From: Piromyces finnis finn
Taxonomy: Eukaryota > Fungi > Neocallimastigomycota
DNA: 64,000 nt
Assembly (NCBI GenBank): GCA_002104945.1
Contig: MCFH01000093.1
Location: 55,147-119,146 of the forward strand
Direction: 5' to 3'
A program made the translations under genes and the position numbers. How positions within the stretch are numbered: the stretch's first letter is position 1; every line of letters starts with the position of its first letter. Positions 1-11,393 of the stretch are shown one piece after another. The notes under the pieces were generated by a model. The model ran no database searches, was not told the origin of the DNA, and saw only the letters and a list, made by a program, of their open reading frames with translations.

Positions 1-3000
1 TACTATTATTAACTAAATAACTATCTAAATTAAAATTATTATCTTCACTATTGCTATTACTACTATTATTATTAATATTATTAAAATTATTATTATTAAT
101 ACTAAAGTTACTATTACTACTACTACTACTACTACTACTATTATTATTATTGCTAAATTTACTAATGTAAATATTTTCATTATTATTGATGGGATTGTTG
201 GAATTACGTTGACTGAAAAAATTTAATAGTTGGATTATATAATTTAATTGTAATGTTTAATATGGACAATCTAATAACCAATATTTAATACTTTGATCTT
301 CACTCTTGAAACATGGACAGTAGTTAGGGCAAACTGAATCACTTGTGAGTTAAGTACTAGCTTTTTGAAAGGAATAGGAATATTAGGATTTCTTAAGAAT
401 TTGCTGACAGAGAAAAGTCCTTTCAAAACCTTGTTATTAAGAGCTTTAATAACCCTAGTTTTCCTGCTAAGTAAAATGTTGGATCTTTCTTGCTCTGATT
501 TTCTAATAATTCAGGACGAACCACCATCGTTGAACATTTCTGGATACTAAATTCCATTTCATTATACAAAGTCTATTCATTAACTCTTTTTAGCATCTTT
601 TTTTTAAGCATCCTCTTGATGGAGCACAAATAACTATATCATCTGCAAAAAGTCCACCACAGCATCAAGTGCCACCTAAACTGACTCCGAGATCTTCGCA
701 CTCTTTAAAAATATCATTAATAAAGAGATTAAAGAGAATAGGAGAAAGAGGGCATCCTTGACGGACTCCTTTCTTCACATCAAAAGATTTCGAGAATTGT
801 CCATCTAATTTGACATTAGCCTTAGATGTTAAATATAAATTTTTGATAAATTGTAGACTCTTACCTCGGATTCCTAAACAATCTAATTTATGGAGAATAT
901 TACCGATTGGGACTGAATCGTATGCTTTCCTGAGATCTAAAAAGGCCAAATATGTCTCTTTATTATCTAATTGACGTCTACGGCATATTTCTTGGATTGA
1001 AATGAAAAGACTAATACTTTCTTCCTTTTTTCGAAAACCAAATTGTTCAGGTCTAATGAAATTATTCTTTAGACCATATTCTGAGATTCTAGTGGTGACA
1101 ATTTTGGAAATCAACTTAATACCATTATTGATAAGTGATATACCTCGATAGTTATCACAATCTGTCAAATCTCCCTTCTTAGGAATAGAAACAATACTGG
1201 ATTCATTCCATGAGTTGGGGAAATCTCCATCCCAAATACGGTTGAATAATTTAAGAATAAAATTTAAACCATGAGCATCATTATCTGAAGTAGTATTACC
1301 AGAAGAATTATTATCTGTAGCATTATTAGAATCATTACTTGATGGAACTAATGCTTTGTAAAATTCAATTGGAATACCATCCGGACCTGATGCTTTATAA
1401 TTTGGAGTAGAGAGGATAGCTGACTTGACTTCATCAATACTAATATCTTGGTTGATATCCCACTCATCAAGCATAGGAAGTGAAAAACGTTTATTCGTTG
1501 GTTCTTCATACCAATGCTCCAAATCAAGACTTACACCACTTGGATCTGATGCAAGCTTTTCGAAATGATCATGCCACACTTCTAGTTGTTCTTCCGTAGC
1601 AACAACTAATTCTCCATTTTTATTTTTAATTGGTTGAGCAATAAAGAAAGAATCTTTTCCAATTTTTGCAGTTTTCTTGATCCATTTCCAGGCCTTCTTA
1701 GGATTATGACTCTTCATATACTCACATCCTGTTTTAATCCAATGAAGATATTCTTGCTTCCTAAATTCATTACATCTTTTGTGGATGTAATCAATGAGTT
1801 TACGGTAGATTTTAATTCTTTTAATAAATTCATCTATATCATAAATTCTTTCTTTTTTAAATCTCTTATACAACTTCATTTTGATTTTTTGAAGATTAAA
1901 AATTTGTTGTGAAATATGAAATGAAGACTTTATAACATTATTTGCTGAAGTAATACTGAGCTCGTCTGCAATTGAAAAAGCAGTTGAAGTAAACTCTTTG
2001 GAAAGTTCATCTGTAGAAACATTAGGATCGTTGAATTTTGCTGAAAGTATTTGGAATTTATTATGACTGAGAATAGATTCCTTTTCCTCAATACATTTTA
2101 ATCTATTCCATTTCAGAATTTTCTTAGGAACATTAAAGTCATTAGAAAAATCTTCCATAGGAATAATTTTACCATTAATAAGAAGTGGCTTATGGTCTGA
2201 TACTGGATAAAAATTATTTATAAATGATCCTGAGTGAATAAGATCTTTCATCTTCGAATTGATAAGAGCATGGTCAATGTCGGAAGATTGATCACCTCGA
2301 GTCCAAGAGATAGTAGACCCTCTAAGCGGAAGAATTTCCCGATCTCCTAATCCATTAGTTGATAACCAGTTGGATAATTTTACTTTAGACATATTAAAAT
2401 CACCAACAAGAATCGATGGATGGGATGAATGAGTTTGTAACCACAAGCGAACTTCTAACTTTGCATGATCAACATAGATGTTGTGATGACTATGAGGCAT
2501 ATAAACATTTCCAATCGAGCATTTAAATCTATTCCAGAGACTAAAAGTATAAATAGAAATAATATACTTTCCAGAGAAGTTTTCAAGTGAGGCTTGACAC
2601 GAATTGTGAAAACCTAAATATAAACCTCTCATTCCAGGAACTGATTCGTCAGCTTTCTTGAAAAAGTGTCTATAGTTTCGCAAAGTAACACGACAAGGAT
2701 AATCTGTATTCGAACCAGAACCATTACCAGTTTCTTGGAAACATAAAAATAATGGTTTGAAAATAGCTGTGAAATAGCTAATACTATCTCTCTTTTCGTG
2801 ATTCCACCCATTGGTGTTCCAACTAAGACAAAAAGAAAAGTTATCAGGCTTGTTGGATGAGGAAGAATCGTTGCTATTATTATTATTATTAAAGTCATCG
2901 TTATTAATGGATGATGCATCAGAGGAATAAGTAGAACTATTACTAGATGGCTGTGAAACTGAAGAACTATCAACTATTGAACTTTTATCAGAGTTGATAG

Positions 3001-4234
3001 AACTATTAGAATTAATTGTTGAATGTTGAGATTGAAATTGTGTTTGTTGTAGATCTGGAATATTTTCATGATGGGAAACTTGTTGAAGATCTTGTTGAAG
3101 ATCTTGTTGAAGATCGGATTGTTGATGAGATTGTTGAACTGATTGTTGAAATGATTGTTGAATAGAATGTTGATGTTTATTAGAAACTAAAATTTTACGT
3201 TTGAGAGTGGAAAAAGTGTATTTGTGATTCCTTCTACTACGAGCTGAAAAGGAAATTGAGGTAACTGAAAGTTTCTTCTTTAACATGTGTAAGATTTTAA
3301 TACAATCTTTTGATGAACCATGAACCTTGACTAAGAAAAAGTGATCATTGAAAGTCTGAAAATATTTAACACTAATAATTGAATTAAATTTATCTTCTAG
3401 AATAACCTCGAGTTTTTCCCATAGCATATTTACTGACCATGATCGAATACCACGGATAAAGAAGGAGCGAATATCATCTAAGGGGATACCATAAGACCGG
3501 GTACCACGTCTGATATAATTCTTATCTTTAATATAAAGGACTGACATGATAATTAATTCTAATTAAAAAATATTGAATATAAAATAAATACTAATAAAAA
3601 TTATAAATATAACGTATATGGAAAAAAATTTGTCTCTCTCTCTCTTCTTAAAAGTACTGGATAGTACAAAAATTGTTACGATGCTTTGTTTAAAGTTTCT
3701 TTTTTTTTTTGAATTCTAGTTGTAAATTTTCTTTAAAAATTCTAGTTTTGGTTTGTTGTTAGTAAATTCGATTCGCTTTTGACACTAAACTTGTTTGACT
3801 TTACTTTTCATTAAATATTTAAATTGGTAAAAAATTTGAATCAAGAATGTCGACACCAGAAAGCTTGTGAATAGTATTTTTACATGATGTAGAGTGAATC
3901 AGTCTCTTACAAGAACAATACAACAATAGCTACATGAATATAAAAATACAATGCAAATGCTAAAGTTGACTACATTGGATTCTTACAAGAGAAGAGTAGT
4001 ACTACATGAATACATGAATAAAAGAAAAAATACAGCAACAAAATGTATTACTCTTCTAATTAAATACTATACAAACTTACCTGAATATCAAACATTCAAC
4101 TTATTCATCAAATACTTAAATTCGATGAATAAAATGTTTTTTAATCGCTCAGTACCATGAGCTTAGTCCTAATAATTTTCCCTTAAAGACTAACCAAGCA
4201 TCCATTGCGCAATACTTGGATTTAATTCTTTCTA

Positions 4235-4237
<3 letters not shown>
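1..4237 (-). mobile_element. Non-LTR (LINE-type, APE+RT) retrotransposon copy D; 3' end runs off the window; mosaic of a near-identical 5' part and a diverged, deleted 3' part
   Basis: About 720-4237 is nearly identical to copy A by eye. About 1-715 is the same family but carries many substitutions and internal deletions. The 5' UTR ends inside repeat unit 2 at 4237. Confidence 0.93.
665..3547 (-). pseudogene. Truncated LINE polyprotein ORF (960 aa): RRM-like, APE endonuclease, N-terminal part of RT; premature stop just before the FADD motif
   Basis: APE motifs SWN, QET, GDFN, IDH, SDH. RT motifs GPDGIP, YRGISL, QFGFR, LDLRKAYDSV, GVRQGCPLSP. The CGA (Arg) codon of copy A is TGA here. Confidence 0.9.
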
Positions 4238-4277
<40 letters not shown>

Positions 4278-4838
4278 GGCATCAAATATTTTAAACTTTA
4301 TTATTAATTTAATTAAAATTATAATACATGTAATATAAAAATTAAAATAAAATAAAAATAAAAAAAATATGTTTAAATAAACACAAATGAATAAAAATTG
4401 GGTATAATGTATTCTAGTAATTTTAATTAAAGTAAGAAAGCCACTATCATACTAAAGTATAATAATTGTATTTGACTTCCAATGGGACACCGAGCCAAAG
4501 ATCAAAATTTTGTCATGGAACAAAATTATGATCTCCATTGGTTGCGCTGGCCCTCCTGGCCTGTCTTACTGTTTCTTCAGCATTGACGCTCTTGGATGTT
4601 GCTTCAAACCTTTTGAACATTGACCATTGCTGGCCAATAGCAAAAGGCATGATTTTGGTTAGAAGTTCCGCGGTTACCGTCAAGAATGGTATTCCTTCGT
4701 TAGTACCAGATTGAATCTGACGCTTACAAAGTTCTTTCCATTCCCTTGAATTGTAATTAATATTATTAAAACTTCTTCCCCCAAGAAGGAATTTAAATAT
4801 TTTACTGCACACACTAGAATAATCATACACATTAATAT
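4238..4838 (-). mobile_element. 5'-truncated LINE copy E (about 600 bp: last ~105 codons, 3' UTR, poly(A))
   Basis: T-run 4238-4274, then the family 3' end (aacggcatcaaat...). The match to A stops at ...cacattaatat (4838). The ORF at 4513..4830 is the polyprotein C-terminus. Confidence 0.93.
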
Positions 4839-4861
4839 AGGTGTGATTTGACTCGGTAGGA

Positions 4862-5048
4862 TTTTTTTTTTTTTTTTTTTTTTTAAACTTTATTGTTAAT
4901 TTAATTAAAATAATAATAAAGCTTATAAAAAATAAAATTAAAAATAAAACACCGAGGCAAATATCAAGGAGTTAAGAATATTTTAAATAGGTATTATTTA
5001 CATTTTTTTTTTTTCGTGCTTTTGTACTTTTGTAAAATGAAATAAACC

Positions 5049-5052
<4 letters not shown>
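4862..5052 (-). mobile_element. Relic F: 3' end of a related poly(A)-tailed retroelement; its continuation lies at 18135 onward, after removing insertion C
   Basis: 23-nt T-run (4862-4884). Next, aaactttattgttaatttaattaaaat matches the main-family 3' UTR at 26/27. The motif acaccgaggcaaatatc (4949-4965) matches main-family acaccgagccaaagatc (4487-4503) at 15/17. Confidence 0.6.
5041..5052. repeat. TSD of copy C (aataaaccaaga), partner at 18135-18146
   Basis: Identical 12-mer (13 with the ambiguous T) next to the poly(T) at 5053 and next to the 5' junction at 18134. Confidence 0.9.
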
Positions 5053-5094
<42 letters not shown>

Positions 5095-6588
5095 GGCATC
5101 AAATATTTTAAACTTTATTATTAATTTAATTAAAATTATAATACATGTAATAAAAAATTAAAAATAAATAAAAATAAAAAAAATATGTTTAAATAAACAC
5201 AAATGAATAAAAATTGGGTATAATGTATTCTAGTAATTTTAATTAAAGTAAGAAAGCCACTATCATACTAAAGTATAATAATTGTATTTGACTTCCAATG
5301 GGACACCGAGCCAAAGATCAAAATTTTGTCATGGAACAAAATTATGATCTCCATTGGTTGCGCTGGCCCTCCTGGCCTGTCTTACTGTTTCTTCAGCATT
5401 GACGCTCTTGGATGTTGCTTCAAACCTTTTGAACATTGACCATTGCTGGCCAATAGCAAAAGGCATGATTTTGGTTAGAAGTTCCGCGGTTACCGTCAAG
5501 AATGGTGTTCCTTCATTAGTACCAGATTGAATCTGACGCTTACAAAGTTCTTTCCATTCCCTTGAATTGTAATTAATATTGTTAAAACTTCTTCCCCCAA
5601 GAAGGAATTTAAATATTTTACTGCACACACTAGAATAATCATACACATTAATATTCACCGGATTATTAGAACTATTACTATCATTAACTAAATTACTATC
5701 TAAATTAGAATTATTATCTTCACTATTGCTATCATTATTAATATTATTATTTCTATTACTACTATTGTTATTATTACTATTGTTATTATTACTATTGTTA
5801 TTATTATTATTGTTACTATTACTATTACTGTTATTGCTATCTCTACTGACATTATCAATTTCATTATTATTGATAGGACTATTGGAATTACGTTGACTGA
5901 AAAAATTTAATAGCTGGACTATGGAATCATAATGTTTAATACGGATATCTCTAAATGTTGGACAATCTAATAACCAATGTTTAATACTTTGATCTCCACA
6001 CTTGCAACATGGACAGTAGTTAGGACAAACTGGATCAACAAATTTAGCAGCTTTGGCAACTCTAGCATCCAACTTATATCCGCTTCTTGCTTTCAATAGC
6101 CAGTAGAAGCCATAGGCAAACTCTGGGTACTCATAACATAATTTAATAAAATCTTTAGTTTCAATAAATTTATTATCATCATAATATTGCGCTTTGATTG
6201 AATTCCCTTTGAGATCTTTCCAATAAAAGTTTTTAACTGCTTTAACATCTCCATGCTTCTTTAGTTTTTTTTCAAGTGTCCTACTTGATTTGCACCACGT
6301 GTATTTTCTAAATTTAGGAATGTAATTGACAAGGTGTGAGATAATACAATTTGAGTTTTTCCATTTGTTAAAACATCTAACCTGAGCTAACGCACATTTG
6401 GCTGACAATGGAGGAATATTCAAATCTTTTGAGATAGAGTATAAAGATATAAACGATACGGCTTTATGAACTCCGGCAACCCATCGTATTCCTTTGTTAA
6501 CATGCTTCTGAGCAATCCTAGACCTAGCTTTGTTGGATCCAAGTAATGGTGCAAAGTATGAAACTCTGCTAATCACTTGAGAGTTAAG

Positions 6589-6591
<3 letters not shown>
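5053..6591 (-). mobile_element. LINE copy C, 3' segment (5'-truncated copy split by insertion of copy A)
   Basis: T-run 5053-5091, 3' UTR, and ORF C-terminus 5329-6591 with the CPCCKC...HWLLDC finger. The poly-K start of the listed ORF 5329..6639 is just the poly(A) tail of copy A. Confidence 0.93.
6580..6591. repeat. TSD of copy A (agagttaagtac), partner at 17992-18003
   Basis: Identical 12-mer (13 with the ambiguous T) at both junctions. Confidence 0.9.
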
Positions 6592-6631
<40 letters not shown>

Positions 6632-6869
6632 GGCATCAAATATTTTAAACTTTATTATTAATTTAATTAAAATTATAATACATGTAATAAAAAAATTAAA
6701 ATTAAAATAAAAATAAAAAAAAATATGTTTAAATAAACACAAATGAATAAAAAATTGGGTATAATGTATTCTAGTAATTTTAATTAAAGTAAGAAAGCCA
6801 CTATCATACTAAAGTATAATAATTGTATTTGACTTCCAATGGGACACCGAGCCAAAGATCAAAATTTTT

Positions 6870-9800
6870 TCATGGAACAAAATTATGATCTCCATTGGTT
6901 GCGCTGGCCCTCCTGGCCTGTCTTACTGTTTCTTCAGCATTGACGCTCTTGGATGTTGCTTCAAACCTTTTGAACATTGTCCATTGCTGGCCAATAGCAA
7001 AAGGCATGATTTTGGTTAGAAGTTCCGCGGTTACCGTCAAGAATGGTGTTCCTTCATTAGTACCAGATTGAATCTGACGCTTACAAAGTTCTTTCCATTC
7101 CCTTGAATTGTAATTAATATTGTTAAAACTTCTTCCCCCAAGAAGGAATTTAAATATTTTACTGCACACACTAGAATAATCATACACATTAATATTCACC
7201 GGATTATTAGAACTATTACTATCATTAACTAAATTACTATCTAAATTAGAATTATTATCTTCACTATTGCTATCATTACTAATATTATTATTTCTATTAT
7301 TGTTATTATTACTATTGTTACTATTACTATTGTTACTATTACTATTGTTATTACTACTATTGTTACTATTACTATTAATGTTATTACTATCTCTACTGAT
7401 ATTATCAATTTCATTATTATTGATAGGACTATTGGAATTACGTTGACTGAAAAAATTTAATAGCTGGACTATGGAATCATAATGTTTAATACGGATATCT
7501 CTAAATGTTGGACAATCTAATAACCAATGTTTAATACTTTGATCTCCACACTTGCAACATGGACAGTAGTTAGGACAAACTGGATCAACAAATTTGGCAG
7601 CTTTGGCAACTCTAGCATCCAACTTGTATCCGCTTCTTGCTTTCAATAGCCAGTAGAAGCCATAGGCAAACTCTGGGTACTCATAACATAATTTAATAAA
7701 ATCTTTAGTTTCAATAAATTTATTATCATCATAATATTGCGCTTTGATTGAATTCCCTTTGAGATCTTTCCAATAAAAGTTTTTAACTGCTTTAACATCT
7801 CCATGTTTCTTTAATTTTTTATCAAGTGTCCTACTTGATTTGCACCACGTGTATTTTCTAAATTTAGGAATGTAATTGACAAGGTGTGAGATAATACAAT
7901 TTGAGTTTTTCCATTTGTTAAAACATCTAACCTGAGCTAACGCACATTTGGCTGACAATGGAGGAATATTCAAATCTTTTGAGATAGAGTATAAAGATAT
8001 AAACGATACAGCTTTATGAACTCCGGCAACCCATCGTATTCCTTTGTTAACATGCTTCTGAGCAATCCTAGACCTAGCTTTGTTGGATCCAAGTAATGGT
8101 GCAAAGTATGAAACTCTGCTAATCACTTGTGAGTTAAGTACTAGTTTTTTGAAAGGAATAGGAATATTAGGATTTCTTAAGAATTTACTGACTGAGAAAA
8201 GTCCTTTCAAAACCTTGTTATTAAGAGCTTTAATTACTGGTTTAAGGGACAGATTCTTATCAAATGGAACACCAAGATAAGTATAGCAATCAGTAGTTGG
8301 AATGGGTTGTCCTGCTAAGTAAAATGTTGGATCTCTCTTGTTCTGATTTTCTATTGATTCAGGACGAATCACCATCGTTGAACATTTCTGGATACCAAAT
8401 TCCATTTCATTATACAGTGCCCATTCATTAACTCTTCTAAGCATCTTTTTTAAGCATCCTCTTGTTGGAGCACAAATAACTATATCATCTGCAAAAAGTC
8501 CACCACAGCATCGAGTGTCACCTAAACTGACTCCTAGATCTTCGCACTCTCTAAATATATCATTAATAAAGAGATTAAAGAGAATAGGAGAAAGAGGGCA
8601 TCCTTGACGGACTCCTTTCTTCACATCAAAAGATTTCGAGAATTGTCCATCTAATTTGACATTAGCCTTAGATGTTAAATATAAATTTTTGATAAATTGT
8701 AAACTCTTACCTCGGATTCCTAAACAATCTAATTTATGGAGAATATTACCGATTGGGACTGAATCGTATGCTTTCCTGAGATCTAAAAAGGCCAAATATG
8801 TCTCTTTATTATCTAATTGACGTCTACGGCATATTTCTTGGATTGAAATGAAAAGACTGATACTTTCTTCCTTTTTTCGAAAACCAAATTGTTCAGGTCT
8901 AATGAAATTATTCTTTAGACCATATTCTGAGATTCTAGTGGTGACAATTTTGGAAATCAACTTAATACCATTATTGATAAGTGATATACCTCGATAGTTA
9001 TCACAATCTGTCAAATCTCCCTTCTTAGGAATAGAAACAATACTGGATTCATTCCATGAGTTGGGGAAATCTCCATCCCAAATACGGTTAAATAATTTAA
9101 GAATAAAATTTAAACCATGAGCATCATTATCTGAAGTAGTATTACCAGAAGAATTATTATCTGTAGCATTATTAGAATCATTACTTGATGGAATTAATGC
9201 TTTGTAAAATTCAATTGGAATACCATCCGGACCTGATGCTTTATAATTTGGAGTAGAGAGGATAGCTGACTTGACTTCATCAATACTAATATCTTGGTTG
9301 ATATCCCACTCATCAAGCATAGGAAGTGAAAAACGTTTATTCATTGGTTCTTCATACCAATGCTCCAAATCAAGACTTACACCACTTGGATCTGATGCAA
9401 GATTTTCGAAATGATCATGCCACACATCTAGTTGTTCTTCCGTAGCAACAACTAATTCTCCATTTTTATTTTTAATTGGTTGAGCAATAAAGAAAGAATC
9501 TTTTCCTATTTTTGCAGTTTTCTTGATCCATTTCCAGGCCTTCTTAGGATTATGACTCTTCATATACTCACATCCTGTTTTAATCCAATGAAGATATTCT
9601 TGTTTCCTAAATTCATTACATCTTTTGTGGATGTAATCAATGAGCTTACGGTAGATTTTAATTCTTTTAATAAATTCATCTATATCATAAATTCTTTCTT
9701 TTTTAAATCTCTTATACAACTTCATTTTGATTTTTTGAAGATTAAAAATTTGTTGTGAAATATGAAATGAAGACTTTATAACATTATTTGCTGAGGTAAT

Positions 9801-11393
9801 ACTGAGCTCGTCTGCAATTGAAAAAGCAGTTGAAGTAAACTCTTTGGAAAGTTCATCTGTAGAAACATTAGGATCGTTGAATTTTGCTGAAAGTATTTGG
9901 AATTTATTATGACTGAGAATAGATTCCTTTTCTTCAATACATTTTAATCTATTCCATTTCAGAATTTTCTTAGGAACATTAAAGTCATTAGAAAAATCTT
10001 CCATAGGAATAATTTTACCATTAATAAGAAGTGGCTTATGGTCTGATACAGGATAAAAATTATTTATAAATGATCCTGAGTGAATAAGATCTTTCATCTT
10101 CGAATTGATAAGAGCATGGTCAATGTCGGAAGATTGATCACCTCGAGTCCAAGAGATAGTCGACCCTCTAAGCGGAAGAATTTCCCAATCTCCTAATCCA
10201 TTAGTTGATAACCAGTTGGATAATTTTACTTTAGACATATTAAAATCACCAACAAGAATCGATGGATGGGATGAATGAGTTTGTAACCACAAGCGAACTT
10301 CTAACTTTGCATGATCAACATAGATGTTGTGATGACTATGAGGCATATAAACATTTCCAATCGAGCATTTGAATCTATTCCAAAGACTAAAAGTATAAAT
10401 AGAAATAATATACTTTCCAGAGAAGTTTTCAAGTGAGGCTTGACATGAATTGTGAAAACCTAAATATAAACCTCTCATTCCCGGAACTGATTCGTCAGCT
10501 TTCTTGAAAAAGTGTCTATAGTTTCGCAAAGTAACACGACAAGGATAATCTGTATTCGAACCAGAACCATTACCAGTTTCTTGGAAACATAAAAATAATG
10601 GTTTGAAAATAGCTGTGAAATAGCTAATACTATCTCTCTTTTCGTGATTCCACCCATTGGTGTTCCAACTAAGACAAAAAGAAAAGTTATCAGGCTTGTT
10701 GGATGAGGAAGAATCGTTGCTATTATTATTATAATTAAAGTCATCGTTATTAATGGATGATGCATCAGAGGAATAAGTAGAACTATTACTAGATGGCTGT
10801 GAAACTGAAGAACTATCAACTATTGAACTGTTATCAGAGTTGATAGAACTATTAGAATTAATTGTTGAATGTTGAGATTGAAATTGTGTTTGCTGTAGAT
10901 CTGGAATATTTTCATGATGGGAAACTTGTTGAAGATCTTGTTGAAGATCTTGTTGAAGATCGGATTGTTGATGAGATTGTTGAACTGATTGTTGAAATGA
11001 TTGTTGAATAGAATGTTGATGTTTATTAGAAACTAAAATTTTACGTTTGAGAGTGGAAAAAGTGTATTTGTGATTCCTTCTACTACGAGCTGAAAAGGAA
11101 ATTGAGGTAACTGAAAGTTTCTTCTTTAACATGTGTAAGATTTTAATACAATCTTTTGATGAACCATGAACCTTGACTAAGAAAAAGTGATCATTGAAAG
11201 TCTGAAAATATTTAACACTAATAACTGAATTAAATTTATCTTCTAGAATAACCTCGAGTTTTTCCCATAGCATATTTACTGACCATGATCGAATACCACG
11301 GATAAAGAAGGAGCGAATATCATCTAAGGGGATACCATAAGACCGGGTACCACGTCTGATATAATTCTTGTCTTTAATATAAAGGACTGACAT
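6870..11393 (-). CDS. Intact single-ORF LINE polyprotein (1507 aa): RRM-like N-terminus, Q/S/N-rich linker, APE endonuclease, reverse transcriptase, CCHC zinc finger, Asn-rich spacer, C-terminal domain
   Basis: Uninterrupted ORF with APE motifs (SWN, QET, GDFN, IDH, SDH), RT motifs (LDLRKAYD, GVRQGCPLSP, FADD, YTYLG) and CPCCKCGDQSIKHWLLDC. Confidence 0.95.
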   Translation of the reverse strand: MSVLYIKDKNYIRRGTRSYGIPLDDIRSFFIRGIRSWSVNMLWEKLEVILEDKFNSVISVKYFQTFNDHFFLVKVHGSSKDCIKILHMLKKKLSVTSISFSARSRRNHKYTFSTLKRKILVSNKHQHSIQQSFQQSVQQSHQQSDLQQDLQQDLQQVSHHENIPDLQQTQFQSQHSTINSNSSINSDNSSIVDSSSVSQPSSNSSTYSSDASSINNDDFNYNNNSNDSSSSNKPDNFSFCLSWNTNGWNHEKRDSISYFTAIFKPLFLCFQETGNGSGSNTDYPCRVTLRNYRHFFKKADESVPGMRGLYLGFHNSCQASLENFSGKYIISIYTFSLWNRFKCSIGNVYMPHSHHNIYVDHAKLEVRLWLQTHSSHPSILVGDFNMSKVKLSNWLSTNGLGDWEILPLRGSTISWTRGDQSSDIDHALINSKMKDLIHSGSFINNFYPVSDHKPLLINGKIIPMEDFSNDFNVPKKILKWNRLKCIEEKESILSHNKFQILSAKFNDPNVSTDELSKEFTSTAFSIADELSITSANNVIKSSFHISQQIFNLQKIKMKLYKRFKKERIYDIDEFIKRIKIYRKLIDYIHKRCNEFRKQEYLHWIKTGCEYMKSHNPKKAWKWIKKTAKIGKDSFFIAQPIKNKNGELVVATEEQLDVWHDHFENLASDPSGVSLDLEHWYEEPMNKRFSLPMLDEWDINQDISIDEVKSAILSTPNYKASGPDGIPIEFYKALIPSSNDSNNATDNNSSGNTTSDNDAHGLNFILKLFNRIWDGDFPNSWNESSIVSIPKKGDLTDCDNYRGISLINNGIKLISKIVTTRISEYGLKNNFIRPEQFGFRKKEESISLFISIQEICRRRQLDNKETYLAFLDLRKAYDSVPIGNILHKLDCLGIRGKSLQFIKNLYLTSKANVKLDGQFSKSFDVKKGVRQGCPLSPILFNLFINDIFRECEDLGVSLGDTRCCGGLFADDIVICAPTRGCLKKMLRRVNEWALYNEMEFGIQKCSTMVIRPESIENQNKRDPTFYLAGQPIPTTDCYTYLGVPFDKNLSLKPVIKALNNKVLKGLFSVSKFLRNPNIPIPFKKLVLNSQVISRVSYFAPLLGSNKARSRIAQKHVNKGIRWVAGVHKAVSFISLYSISKDLNIPPLSAKCALAQVRCFNKWKNSNCIISHLVNYIPKFRKYTWCKSSRTLDKKLKKHGDVKAVKNFYWKDLKGNSIKAQYYDDNKFIETKDFIKLCYEYPEFAYGFYWLLKARSGYKLDARVAKAAKFVDPVCPNYCPCCKCGDQSIKHWLLDCPTFRDIRIKHYDSIVQLLNFFSQRNSNSPINNNEIDNISRDSNNINSNSNNSSNNNSNSNNSNSNNSNNNNNRNNNISNDSNSEDNNSNLDSNLVNDSNSSNNPVNINVYDYSSVCSKIFKFLLGGRSFNNINYNSREWKELCKRQIQSGTNEGTPFLTVTAELLTKIMPFAIGQQWTMFKRFEATSKSVNAEETVRQARRASATNGDHNFVP

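Noticed and set aside
1634-2973. Short antisense or alternate-frame ORFs inside the LINE (92, 114 and 66 aa, repeated in each copy)
   Set aside because: Shadows of the polyprotein ORF.
3951-4160. Antisense 69-aa ORF in the LINE 5' UTR (also 11794 and 17381), reminiscent of L1 ORF0
   Set aside because: The copies are too similar for its recurrence to indicate selection, and it has no recognisable domain. Undecidable without diverged copies.
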